Assembly: GCA_003344405.1 (NCBI GenBank)
Contig: NOWV01000189.1
Span: forward strand, 1-64,000
Direction of reading: 5' to 3'
Origin: Trichoplax sp. H2
Taxonomy: Eukaryota
Length of the DNA stretch: 64,000 nt
In this document: in pieces, positions 16,401 through 29,800 of the stretch
Numbering within the stretch: the stretch's first letter is position 1
Layout of the letters: every line of letters begins with the position of its first letter
Notes under the pieces: generated by a model
What the model was told of the DNA's origin: nothing
Databases searched by the model: none
The model's input: the letters and a program-made list of their open reading frames with translations, nothing else
Position numbers and translations under genes: made by a program

Positions 16401-19400
16401 TTGTAGGATATTATCAGTGACGCTATAACTATAATATAGTATTCGAATGTTAGAACCGATCTATTTGTTCATATAGCTAATCATGTCTCAGTAGTATTGT
16501 TCGTCCAAAAAAACTTACGAAATTAAATTAAACTGCCAACGACTGAAGTCCAAACAAAATAAACTAGGGAAAAACACCAGTTTATTATAACTTTAACAAC
16601 AATCTTAGCGAAACTTCTCAAATGAGCAACTAAATACGGGCAGAACTACTACCACAACCAACCAAACCATCAATTAATGAGATGACTCATGATTATCCTA
16701 AGCTTTTCTTATCTTCTCACTAACTTACCGAACTATGCCATTTTTTATATGTTACGCAGAGCAGTTGGTGGTATTCGACTGTCCAACTATCATTCTAAAG
16801 TACTCCAAATTAAGCTAGTAATCAAACACACAAGATAAGATAAATTGTACCCTAGACTCCCGAAAATTACTAAATTAATACTAAATATAGTTTAGCTTGA
16901 AACTGCACATTTCTGCAATATACACTATGACAAAATAGCAATCCGAGATCAAGTGCTTTAGGTTCATACTGTATGAAATTACAAAGTAACATCAACTTTT
17001 ACCGTAATTAATGATCAAAATTAGCACACATATATTATATTAACTAAATACATCGCTTGAATTACAAAATTATAATATATGTTTCTTAACAAAAATTATG
17101 CTACGGATTATATTAACTTCTAACCTGAATACAGCAGTCGAGTTTACAATATAACAAGATACTTAATAAAATCTACTATTATAATCAACCAAATAATTCA
17201 TATTTTTAAAGCAAGAATACTTATTATGATACAAAAACTAAGCTAGAATAGTTAAAATACAAGAACTTGAAGGAAAATTCTAAAAGTTGACCTTTCTTAC
17301 ATCTCTAAGTCAGTAAGAGGTAGTTTGTATTAGCATTGGCGTTTGTAGACTTGATTTCACTAATGGTATCTGAAATCGTGCATACACAATAGCTGGATTT
17401 CGGGCTTTAGCCGTAACGGCTATTCATGTATATTTGAAACTCGATTCGTGGCATTCTTTCATTTTAAATAAATCATTCAAATTACTCGTATTGGTTTAAT
17501 TATAATTAAAATATGATACTATAATATGAAATATGTTTAGATCAGCTTCCAAAAATCGGATAAGGAACTTGAAAATTGGCCAATTTAAAAATTTCAGCAG
17601 TTTAACGCATTTGTAAGATTTGATATTTAGGAATATTTCCTAAAATTTAGACCCTAGATTACATGATATGTATATTTATAGCTAGTGAGGTATTTATAAT
17701 ATCTAACAGTAATTTCTCTGAATAATTGAATAAGATTTTTGAGCTACAACAAGCTAGAATCTCTTATAAATGACATATTCAAAGGATGTAAGAATATGCA
17801 ATACCTGTAAGTTGAAATGTATTAATAGAGCTATTTAGTTATTCTCTTCATTTTACTACGACATGCTATCTCTTTAGTGTGAACTGCATTTAACTTTATT
17901 CCTAATTTTATTGTTTTACTAACTTATCGTAAGGATGTTAGACCATAACCAAATTACAGTTATAGAAAATCGATCATTTCTTGGTTTATCAAAGTTGATT
18001 ACTCTGTAGGTTTCGGGCCTTCCTTCAATAGATATATCATAAAGATATTGTATGCAGAATCTAACGCCTTTATTTTAATCTGGTAGAGATATTAGCTATA
18101 ATCGTATAATCTCTTTGAATGGAATTTTCCTCCAAGATTTAAATCTCTTAAATTTTTTGTAAGTTGTTATTTCGTTGGTTACATACGAATACGTTTTAAC
18201 TTTGTTTCATTAGCTTTCAATACCGTAGAGCTGTGTTCTTTGAAGCTAAAAACTATTTTTTAAAATTTGACTTGTTGGCAAGTAACCTATACCATACATG
18301 AAATAATTTCATTACGCTTCCTTTATTAATATAAACATTCCTTACTTTGTGTAATTATGAATTTTGTTTAAAATTTATAGAAATTGTAATGGAAATCGGA
18401 TTTCTTCCATCGCTGGAGCCCCATTCTATAATTTAACAAAAGTGACAACTTTGTATGTCCATTAGCAATTTTACATAGGTTTTGTAACAGATACTATATA
18501 TATTTACCTTACCGAATGCAATAATGTTAAACATAAAAAGATTTTGTATAAGTGGATAAGTGTTGACTACAGGTCCTTGGATTATAATTACTTGAGGAAG
18601 ATTGCAAATGACAGCTTTACCAATTTGATTAAAATACGTAAACTGTAAGCAAATACGTAGTTTACCCAAAGATTGCTCAAAATTTAAGGCTTGTTAGACA
18701 GTCTAAAACTCTAACTATTCTGAATATTTTTATCTTAACTGTAGATCAATAAATTATAATAAACTAGAAAGTTTATCCTGTAACTCAATTTACAAAACCA
18801 TTCAAGAATTGTAAGTAAAATCACGTATTATTACCAATGCTGCTGGTTGATGTCTTTAAAATAACAATAACACTTACGCTCCTATCCATTAGCTGTTTAA
18901 TTAAAATTTTCAATATTTTGAGTGCAAGTAACTGTATTCATTTACAAAAGAAGTATAGGTACCGTATTTCTTAAAGATAATTTAATGTTTTCAATTTACT
19001 GTAAAAGTATGCTGAATTAACTCTAGCTCAAGCACTCCCTTTTTGCCCTAAAATTGATGTTATGCTGACAATGTTAACTCTATGCAAAGCTAATTAATGA
19101 ATTTCACTTAGAGGATTTTACTCTGAACAAATCATCCTGCATTATCGCATCTGATACTTTAATATAACTATAAACTAATAAATTTCTATCATTTAACGCA
19201 AAATTTAGAAGTGTTAGTCACAATAATATTTCCTATATATCACTTAGTTGTGATAAGACGTTTGGCAGCTTAACACTAAGATTGTAAGTACTAGCTTTCT
19301 TTTAAATATTAAGATGTTTGCTTCAATATTTGTCTACATCTGTGACAGTGTTATATGCTGTATTAGAGTAGAAATATCTATGTTAGAATAATTCTGTTAG

Positions 19401-22400
19401 CCCATCCATATTTAGTTAACTTCTAATTTGGATATACTGTGTTTTAATATAGCATTGACTTTTTATGACAGTTACACATATACACATACTGAAATTAATA
19501 GTTAAAATAGGGAATGTAAATCATCTACTTACAGTTCGAATCATTGTGATAGTAACTTACTTATAGTAGATTGTAAATTATCGAGGAAATGTTCCGTGAT
19601 AGGACATATCATAATCTGACTATTCTGTATTAGTCATCAGATGTCTATGTTCATAAATACTGTTGTCTGTATTAAGAGAGCAGTAGCTAAAATTATATCT
19701 AATTCAGTAAATGATTCCAAAGTCAATCGTACTAACTATGACTCTTGAACTATTGAGGAAGAGTATATAAATGCAGTATATCGCGTAATAAAGGGGATTC
19801 TCAAACTTAGTGTTTAACGTAAAAATACGAGGTGTTTAAGTCTATGAGTAGTCTGCTAGTAAAGCAAAAGTGTTTCTGATAGTGCAGGTATCGTTCCTTG
19901 ATGCATGGTTCAAGGAATTGCCTTATAGATCGTACATTACGTTATCTTGTTGCAATGCTGTTTTATGACAACATCTTATTTTTGCATTAATTTAGAAAAT
20001 ATTAAGATTAATAATAGAAATATCATGTTATCATATTTTGACTTCAAGAATTCTATCAGTAATTTAGTATGCCAATAAATTAGTAGTAAGCTATTAACTA
20101 AATTAGTAAAGGTATTATTCATTTGTATTCGTACTGCCTATATTCCACACGAGTTTCACTTCGGCAACTGCCACCTTAAGGCAATATCAATTTTTTAGAT
20201 TATAAAATTTAAGAATTACCATAACAAATAATAATTAAAATTTTTAAGTTATAAAATTTCATGTTTAATATTTCTAGTTGTAATAGTTGTATAAATATTG
20301 TCAATATTCTATTTTCAGAGATATTAGCTATAATAATTTAGTAAGAAATGGAATCAGTTTAAATGAACAGATCTTGTTCAAACTGATAAAGCTACCTCCT
20401 ACTTTGTAAGTGTAAAAAAATTAAAAATATTAAGTTATAACTAAGTTTATAATTGCATGTTTAGATGCTACGGTAACATTTTGTAAGCATATTTTAGATC
20501 ATATTTGTCTATTTTTGACATGCTCCATGGATAACATCAAATACGTGTATACAGAATATTGGCAGGCAATGGCATTACATCCATACCACAATCATTTTTT
20601 AGATGGAATCTCTATCTGAGAGCACTGTGAGTGATACTCATAACTATTAAATTGACTCCATTTTAAATACATTTTAGTTAATATTCAATTAGATTAAAGA
20701 TTCACTAGAGCATTGCATTTTCATACATATAATAAATTTATTTTTATTGCCGTTGCATTCAGTGGGCAGATATAAATAGATTTTATTAGTATCTAAATTG
20801 TGAAAAGGCTGTCTCTGAAAATTCTGATATTATATTATCGTAATTCAAGTCGTTAATTCATTTTAGGTATTAAATTATTACCATTTCAAATTTTAGATCC
20901 ATAGGTCATAACAACATGTCACTGTCCACTATTAAGCAAACTATTCGAGGACTTTATGTTACCGATCTCTGCATACCACCACTAGTATCTTCAACAGGGA
21001 ATAAATTTAAATGCTTTGATTATGCTATGTAGGTGGTTAAGCTGTCTATTATTCTGTATTACAATTTTAAATTCAACAACTAAATTTGAAAGCCTGATAC
21101 TGATACTTAATAGAAATTTTTTTAGGCATAATTAGCATTTTCTATTGCCTTCATTTATTTCTGATTATTACAGCGACTTAAGCAACTGTAAATTGCAAGA
21201 AATTCCTGTTGATATTTTCGTTCATCTAAATGGCTTTTTGAAAGTATTGTAAGTTGAAGTAGCTAAAATGAAATCTATAGATTACTCATACTAATTCATT
21301 AGCGAATATACTGGTAATTTTTAAGACTTTCTATCGTAATTAGAAGCCCTTAGGAAAGAAATGATGGTGTTAAGTTAAAATTATTTATATAATTATTAGC
21401 AATAGTAGTTTGCTTGGTAGCTTATAAAATGTAGAATTAATAGGAAATACTTAAACTCCTTTATAATGATGAAATTTTCCAATTACCAACATTTTACAAG
21501 AATTTTTTCCAATTTTACTATTTGATAATGACGAAATCTGTTATTTTTACGGTAATAGATCTTACTGATTAGTCAATTAACCAAGTGCAAAACAATGTTA
21601 AACAAACCGAATTCAATAAGATTACATGATTTTGTCATAAAATTTCTATTTTAGATTTAGATTGCTGATAAAACTTCCTGAGTAATATCAATATACATCC
21701 AACTTTTGCTAATTTGATTTTAGATCTTATGTACCATAGCATTAGCCATGCTAAGGACTACTCCATAATTTTTATCCAGTCCAAATCCAAATTCATAAAA
21801 TGCCTAGCAATAAGAAGAAAATACGTAACCCTGAACGGACTCTACAATACAAATATTTGAGTCCGTTCAGAATCCCGCTTTTTCTTATTTTGGAATGTTG
21901 TGAATTTGGACTGGATAAAATTATGGAGCAGTCCCTAGCCATGCAAAGTGCAAAAGCTTTCATATTAATGATTTATTAGTCTAATCTGAAGTTTAGAAAT
22001 AGTTTTCATTACTAATATGTAAAATCGTGACTGCGTTTAAAATAAGTAAAGCCTTTTTACATATTTTACCCATCTAATTTGTCTAATCAGCTAATGTTAT
22101 ATAATGCACGATTGTAGTTGGCTATTGAGAAAATGATTGCTTTATACCTGTCTAGCTTTTAGCTCCATATTGCAAAGAATATGCATTGTCTGTAGCGCAA
22201 TTAATCTTTTCTTCTCTCAATTTCGGTTATAAATTCCCCTTACATACTATATTATTACTTATTTTCGCCAAGCAGTAATTATATTACATCCTTTAAATTA
22301 GAATCTGTTCATTGATTGGCATTTAAGTGTTTAACAGTGTAATTGTACTTGCACATAATATTAAGATGAAAACTTACAATTTATTCTCCTCCACAAACGG

Positions 22401-24742
22401 ACCACACTTTACGAATAATTCTTGATATTATTTCTTTTTATACATCAGAAAATTAAATTATAACCGCATAAAAGATGTCGATGCATCAGCAATATTTCGA
22501 GGAAGCAACTACAATTTACAAGAACTGTAAGTTACTTCCTATATCATTCTTACATTTCCACGCATTCTAACGGCAATTTATTAAATTGATCTGGTATAAT
22601 TGCTATAGAGTACTTAAGTTAATTGTTAGCAGAATATTGTTCATAGATAAATAGAAAAATTAACTCAGATATTCTTTTCTGATATAGGCACTTAACCCAT
22701 AACCAAATAGCTAACTTTACTAATCCGAACAACGTACAATTTAACGCGCTTCGATTGCTGTAAGTGTTGCATTTATCTTTAATACAAATTTCAAGATCGT
22801 GTAGTCAATTAATTTTTGATGTCACAATTTTATGTTTATTAGCAATTTAAAGCAAAATCAATTATCAAGCATCTGTGGCAGATCAGATTTGCTAGCAATA
22901 GCACCTAACCTAGTAGAGCTGTATGTATTCTTTTTAAATATTTTCTGGATAAGTGGTTTAACTAATTAACTTATGACTTAAATTTCCGTAGAAACTTGGA
23001 TTTCAATCAAGTCCGAATTCTAACAAGCAGATGCTTTAGAGCACTTTCCAATTTACAGAAACTGTATGCATTGGTATTCGTTCGATTTATTAATTTCAAA
23101 ATCTTTAGCTTTAAAATTCTATTTAAGCAAGCATGCTTAAATTGGCTGTTAAATTCATATAAGTCAAGTTACATTTCATTTGCTTATAGGTCAATAATAT
23201 CAAATCCGTTAGTAATTTTAAAAGGTATTTCATTCTATGGATCTGCTACATTAACTTCAATGTAAGTAAGCCTACATTAATTACAGTTTTAATTCATTTA
23301 AATCGAAGTATTAATAAGTGTAGTAGAAATTTAGTCTCAATGTATGGTCAATTTAATTAAGCTTTTTGTTAAGCCTTGTGAAAAAAGTTTTCATATTGTA
23401 AAAAAAAACTTAATCAGCTATACGGATTCACTAATTATGCCAAGAACTTGACATCGATTACAACGATATTATATCAATAGTTCATTAAATGAAAATATCA
23501 TGCTAAAAATTTTCATATGCAAGTTCGCCATTTATCGAAAATAACTTCTGATATTGAGAGTCATAATTGGATAACAAATGAAGTTAGATTTCAGATTACC
23601 TCATAATTTTACATCTAAAATTTGTACAAATTTGCTTTAATATTTAATATCTAAAATCCTTAGAGGCTTTAATCTCAAACCTTTTAATCATGTTCATTTT
23701 CAAGTTTATGCTTTTTTATATTTTTAACCCAATATCCGTCATTAGAGCTTCCTCACGTGCTTATTTATGCTGTACAGTACCAGCTAAGATTACTGCGTGC
23801 ACACCAGTTCCCGATTTAGATTCAGCATCAAGTTGTGAAAATATTCTCGCTCATACCTCTTTACAATTAGCTGTATGGGTTATGGGCATCACAGCTTTCG
23901 TTGGAAATATCCTTGTCATGTTTAAAATTCGTGCTAATAAAGATCGCAAAACAAGTAAGGCTACTGATCTAGTCTTTAACAGCTTAGCTCTATCCGATTT
24001 TTTAATGTCCATATACCTGTTTATTATTGCTGTTGGTGATATAATTTATCGCGATCGTTATGCTCAATATGCAGAAGAGTGGCTGAGCAGTCCAGCATGT
24101 GTTATTGCATCATTTTTAGTGTGTACATCAAGTTTAATGTCGGTTAGTATGATGCTGTTTATTGCCATCGATCGTTATTCCCTCGTTGTAAATCCATTTT
24201 CATCCGACGGAAGATATAAGCGAACTAAGACATCATTATTAATAGGATGGTTGCTGACTTGTATTTTCGTCGGTGTACCGATTATTATGGGTATTAATGA
24301 AACTGGAGATATGCGTTTATATCAGTTTAGTTCTATTTGCTCTCCAAGTAATCTAGACAATACATTCTATAGTGGTTGGATAGCTGTATTTGTAGCATTA
24401 CAAATAATATGTTGGATATCAACCGTAATTATTTATTTGTTCTTATTAATGACGGTCGGTAAATCGCAGCGCTCAGTTCGTAGCAATGCCCGATCTCGTA
24501 ATTATGCTATTGCTATCCGAATATCGCTTATTTTAATTACAGACTTAGTCGCTTGGCTACCCATCTATGCTATTTCTGTTATTGCTTTGATTAATGGCAC
24601 CATCAATATATTTGTACTACAGTTTGCGGTTATTTTGGCAATACCATTAAATTCAGCGATTAATCCATATATTTATACAGCAACTGGAACGGCATGTTTT
24701 CTTCGATTAACTACTATTACGAGTAAAAAATCTTCGTCATGA
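1425..24742 (+). CDS. Giant leucine-rich-repeat-containing GPCR (LGR, type-C/RXFP-GRL101-like hinge), 5'-incomplete; 53 LRR-region exons + terminal hinge/7TM exon
   Basis: AG..GT-bounded exons, all phase 2-2, mostly 72 nt (one LRR each): 1425-1496 (DLYQNKIETIGDRIFATMPKLKSL), 1919-1993, 2126-2197, 2361-2435, 3139-3210, 4356-4427, 4564-4638, 4863-4934, 5117-5188, 5542-5613, 5782-5856, 6441-6512, 7358-7429, 7542-7613, 7758-7829, 8285-8356, 8430-8501, 8619-8690, 8848-8919, 10491-10562, 11016-11087, 11390-11467, 11710-11781, 11895-11966, 12673-12744, 13023-13094, 13257-13328, 13547-13618, 13713-13784, 13873-13944, 14064-14138, 14320-14385, 14574-14627, 15657-15737, 15823-15894, 16272-16337, 17541-17612, 17735-17806, 17934-18005, 18087-18158, 18381-18452, 18573-18644, 18745-18810, 19209-19283, 20319-20405, 20555-20626, 20897-21028, 21174-21248, 22449-22526, 22688-22759, 22843-22920, 22992-23063, 23190-23261. 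Terminal exon 23746-24742 encodes YLCC..C..SSCENIL hinge and a rhodopsin-class 7TM (GN in TM1, LALSD, DRY, PLNSAINPYIY). No signal-peptide exon found in the window. Confidence 0.92.
3650..3781. mobile_element. Short MITE-like repeat (copy 1)
   Basis: Terminal GTGAC...GTCAC; similar sequence recurs split at 16416-~16490 and ~17302-17361. Confidence 0.45.
9179..9987 (+). mobile_element. Solo LTR family A copy 1, interrupted by a nested element
   Basis: Closely similar to 19590-19970. TATATAAA followed by AATAAA on +; ends TGTGACA; ATACC direct repeats at 9174-9178 and 9988-9992. Confidence 0.75.
9514..9946 (-). mobile_element. Nested solo LTR family B (433 bp)
   Basis: TGTCAC...GTGACA termini; perfect 5-bp TSD ATCGT (9509-9513, 9947-9951); the empty site is present in the paralogous copy at 19929-19933; TATA and AATAAA on the minus strand. 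Confidence 0.85.
16416..17361. mobile_element. Second copy of the 3650-3781 repeat, split by an ~800-bp insertion
   Basis: AGTGACGCTATAA..ATATAGCTAATC matches the left part of copy 1 and TCTAAGTCAGTAAG..GTAGAC..TCACT matches its right part; the intervening sequence has no clear TSD. Confidence 0.4.
19590..19970 (+). mobile_element. Solo LTR family A copy 2 (uninterrupted)
   Basis: TG..CA termini; high similarity to 9179-9513 joined to 9952-9987. Confidence 0.75.
21752..21937. mobile_element. Fold-back MITE (186 bp)
   Basis: TIRs TAAGGACTACTCCATAATT / AATTATGGAGCAGTCCCTA; internal arms CTGAACGGACTC / GAGTCCGTTCAG; flanking direct repeat GCCATGC (21745-21751, 21938-21944). Confidence 0.85.
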
Positions 24743-26860
24743 TTTCTAAACCAAGAAGAAATGGTCTTGTGATGACATATGAGGCAAACTAGACATTATA
24801 GGTTCGTATTTTTTTAATTCGAAACTCTTGTTGCGATGTAGTACCATAGTTTGTATAGTGTCTACAATATAAGAAATGACAAAACCATGCTTACATTGTA
24901 CTTACTAGTATGCGAATTAATATGCTATTGTAGCTTAAGATAAGCCATTCTTCATTCGAAAAATGACAGAGATAAAGGTTATTTGCAATATGATATACCA
25001 CTACTGGCCAGTAAGACTTGAAATGGCGTCCATAATCTATATAAGATTACACTTTAAAAATAAATTCAACTCTACATCTAATTACGTTATTAAGGTGATT
25101 CTGGTGATGATTGGATCAATCATATGATTAAAATAACTGATTAATAAGGTGTCTTCTGTTAAGAAAGCTGTCCATTCATAATTGCATTTGTTGCTTTAAA
25201 CTAGTTGACTTTGATAGACTAGTGAATTAACCGAATAAAATCGTTCCAGATTAAAGTATAGAGTGACCATTGATTGTGAGCTTTATAAAAAGGCACGGGA
25301 GTTCTTAGGCGTTGTGGTAATAGTACGATATTTTTACTAGATGTTACGCAGATTTGGCTAGCCATCTAATAAAATAACTAAACGTTAGTGCTTTACGCTA
25401 GTCAATCAAACTTTTCAGGAAATAATTCGCAAGAGTTGGAAACGCAAAATGAGGATAAGGTCTTCATGACTTATCCAATATTGTAATGGAAGTTCTCATG
25501 ATGGCATAAGAATTCTTAGTGACTTTAGCACATGGTCTAATTTGATATCGTATGACTGGAACTTTGAAGAATATAATCAAGAGAAGCAGCTTCATATCTC
25601 TACCGTGAATTGTAAAATATCACCTTTCGAAGAGTTTATTAAATAACAGTTAATCTCGTTTATACGAAGGTCCAATGTTTGCAATATATTTAAAAGTCAC
25701 TATTATAACGTAGTTATGTATGCAATAGTTAGTGCCTTAAACGCTTAGTGTATACAAATAGCGTTATTAAAGATTTAGCAGGACTTGAATCTTTAAATAT
25801 TGGCATATTGTAATCGCCAAGCTAATGAGTGTTGTAGCGCAAAATAGTTTTACACCGCTTACTCGGAACGTCAATATTATACAGCTGGAAATGCATAGAG
25901 TAGATTCAAGTAATAATATGTCTGTATTTATAAACTTTAGATATTTTAAATCATAATCATTATTCACTGCTTGAATTTTAGGTCGTTTATTTTCTCAGTC
26001 ATTAATAGATTATAAAAGCAACGTCATTATTATAAATTCAGTTCCTTGATGATAAATAACTGCGCTTATAAAGATATCATATTTAATGAAATTAAATAGG
26101 TTTTCAGTTAGTAACTCCTACAATAGTGTCTAAATTAAGTGAGTGCATGGAGCTTATTAGCTAGTTTAGTTAGGTTTTGGCTATACCAACTTTAGTTAAT
26201 AGTTAAGGAAGGAACTGATCACAATAATTAATATGTGGTTTACTTTTCTTGAAAAACTTAATATTTTTTACCAGCTACTATAAAGCATAGTATTATATGT
26301 CAATCCATCCTTATCTTTTATTACTTCAAGATGGGAAAGTCTAATTAAGTAAAATTAGTGGAAGTCTCTATAGCAATGGAACAGTTTACATTAGTAAAAT
26401 CACTTTACATATAAGTGAATACTAACAAAGACAACAGAATTCGATTCTATTTTTAGAAGAGCAGACTTACATTCTGTAAGTCAAATCTGTAAAATATAAC
26501 CTAAAAGGTAAATCCAAAACAGATAAATCTACAAAGCAAATCTAAAAGCTAAATCAACACTAAAAGTTTTATAGGTTCAATAAGTAATACAATATAATAT
26601 GGCCTATTTTCTGTGCTACAGTATGTGATTCTTTCGTAGAAGTAGTTCATTAAAATAGAGATAAAATGAATCTTTTGGATACAATATTGTAGTAAAAGTG
26701 AATTAATCATATAGCGCTAAATCGATGCAATTAATCAATGGACCGAAAAGCTATCTATATTATGCAAGTTAATAATATTACAGTAAACGTAACTGCAATC
26801 AGTAAAATGGTATTCCTAATAAGAATGTTAAGAAAATATCCTGTTGTTATATTTACAACG

Positions 26861-29800
26861 TTATTTTTTAGTTATAATATGATTGATCGTAACAAAGACA
26901 ACACATGCAATAGCCCAAATATTGATCACTGGAATCCATAGCCAGTGCTTAAAAGGCGATGAATAGATATTAACTTCATTTCCTAGTTTATCTCGAGCTT
27001 CTTTGCGTCCGTAATAAACTAACGTAGAAGGAATGACATATTGAACTCCAACGCCAGCATACGAGCCGGTAATACCAGCTAAAAATTCCAAATTCTTAGT
27101 AATAAGAGCCAAAGTTACAGGTGGTATGAGGGCTAGTAATGGAAAGACGATGCGGTCTATCCAAAATGGATAAATTTTATCTTCTTTTAGGAGCAAAGAT
27201 TTTAGATTGTTACGTAATGTGACCCCAATAATTGGAAAATTAGAACTAAGAGTGAAAACTGGAAAGAGCGATAGGAAAAAACTGATAAATTTAACATGAT
27301 AATGAGTAAAATTTAATGTATATAAATCTTCCAGCGAGTGAATTGGAAATGTAAATATGGCAGTGTGAGATAATAGCGCATAGAAGGCTAAAACAGTAAC
27401 GTAATCTCCTAATAGAATATACATGACATGCTTTTTCTCACGAATGGGTGTAATCATCGATGGCAATGAATGTTGGCACATGAATGAATAAATACAGATG
27501 CCAAAAAATGTTGGAATACCAGCAAAATTAGCTACCGGTGGATGACCTCTAGCCTTACCACTACCTAGAAAGATGAATGTTATAGAGAGCATCATAGCAA
27601 AGGCTGAAGATTTGGAAATTGGTATTTATGACGGATATTGTAGAAGGAAGAAACGTAAAAATGCAAAATTAGTCGTTCATCATTACAATATTCATGAATT
27701 CATTGCTATCTACAATGGAATAATTTAATTTTATGTAGTGTAATGTAAAAAAATACACGTCTTATAAAATATAGGCGAATCTCTAATCGCCATAAATACT
27801 ACTTAACTTCAATATTTTGAATTAAACTGTGATAAAAGTGATCATTAATTAAAGAAGTGATATTTAGCTCACCTAGCCACCGTAATATAGATGTTGTGAC
27901 TTGCAAGTATTTTGTCTTTTGAACATTGAAAAAGACAAATGGTCCAAGACAGATGGTAAAAGCGGCCTAATTAAATTTTTAATACTATTATTTACTCTTC
28001 AATATCTTTTTGGGACATTTAACTGATGTACAGTCCTATTTAGTTTAGGAATTATTTCTGTTAGTGTGTTAGAAGGAATGCTTACTACAAAGATTCGATA
28101 AGCACCACCAACTGTAAAATTTCCCCAGCAGGGTAATGAAGTATTTAGTCCGGTTCCGTTTAAATCATTACTAACCAAAAATTAAATAATTAATAACAAT
28201 AGCGGCACTTGGATAGTTAAGTTTTATTTAAATTATTAATTACGGATTGAAATTCTCTTGCACTTACCAAGCAACTTTGGTCAGAGATTTTGCAACGGCG
28301 ACAGCATAAATTGCTAAATCGCCATATAGGTAAATACAAATACACAGATAGAAGAAATTGTTGCCAACTATAAATTTAAGTATGCCATAATAGAGAATAA
28401 TTTAGTAATGAAAATCATATATGTAGTAATTGAAAAAAGTCAAAAGATTCAAGAGGCTTCCTATATTACATCCAACTTGAAGTAAAACACTTATTGGTAA
28501 AAGCCTCATATCTTGCAAAGATGAAATACCTTTATTGTAAAACATTCCCGCCATTTTCCCCTAGTTTACAAAATTTAATAAAGCATGTCGATTTAATGAT
28601 AACCTTAATCTGGCAATAGAAAGAGATAATGCTCGCAATAGGAAAAGGATAAAAAGTGGAATCAATTTGAAATCAATTAGTCACTAAATTTATAGCATAC
28701 GAGTATACTAATCAAATATGGGGCAGTATTAATTATTACTAATAAGTTTTAATTGCAAAAGTCGATTATTAACCTGGTATTGAAACATGATCCAATATCT
28801 ATAAAGGCAGTAAATCACAGAAAGATTTTAACCGATGCAGCTATGAAATTAATTGATGAAAAGCTCAAAAGCATAGTCATTTGCTAAACTTATTTTGCTG
28901 ATAGTTGTTTTGAGAGAAATCTATTAGTAGCTCGTTGTTTCTAATAGAAACGAGTTAGATGAAGATTTGAAATTTTGGCTTGCTAAATTAACTGATAAAT
29001 GTCCAGGATTTATAAAAATATACTAAATTAAAATAGTGTTATCTGCTGGTGCCAATACCAATCATTTTAACGATTTGTACCATACATTAAGTAATAAAAG
29101 CATTACTGAATTTATTCTTTAACACGACATGAGCTCGTTTGATTACAACTTGTATAAGGATTTAACTTACTATTGACGTGGAGATTCATTAAAGAATCTA
29201 TCTGGAACTACTCTATTAGCTATTTTTGACTGAATAACTTTATGTCAAGAATCAGATTGAAGATAGAATTCCTCTTAATTTCTTAATGCCTTAAATTTTT
29301 TTATCTGGCTATTGATTGTTGAATTACAGTTACGGTAATTTCTGTTATCTAATATTTCAATAATAATAAATTGCTATACCATAGATTTTAGCTAAATGCA
29401 ATAGTTTAATAAAATTTACCAATTCTACTCTCTCTTTGATTTCAAATACATTGGATATGTATTCCCTCTTAATTTCTCCTAAAGTCCATATCAAATATAT
29501 ATGGATTAATCATGGCATTTATTAAACTTATAGCAAATGAGAAAGAGGATACTCTATTAAGATCAGCCACTTGTAATGTTTATCGTTAACAGAGCTTTAT
29601 TATTTACATCAATTAGATTATAAAGTCATAAATCTTACCATTAATTTCAATTTCGAGATACTTTCGAGTTTGAAGTACTGGCGTTCTTTCAGTATTGATT
29701 GATTTATCTGTTTCTCCTTCTTGATCGCTATTCGACTATAGATAACAGTAATTAGATGAGATTCTTAAATAATTTAATTGTACACTGCACTATTAAATAT

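Noticed and set aside
23690-23745. ATG 23690 as the start of a stand-alone 350-aa GPCR
   Set aside because: The first 56 nt are T-rich intron ending in an AG at 23744-23745, in phase with the upstream LRR exons; the ORF is the terminal exon.
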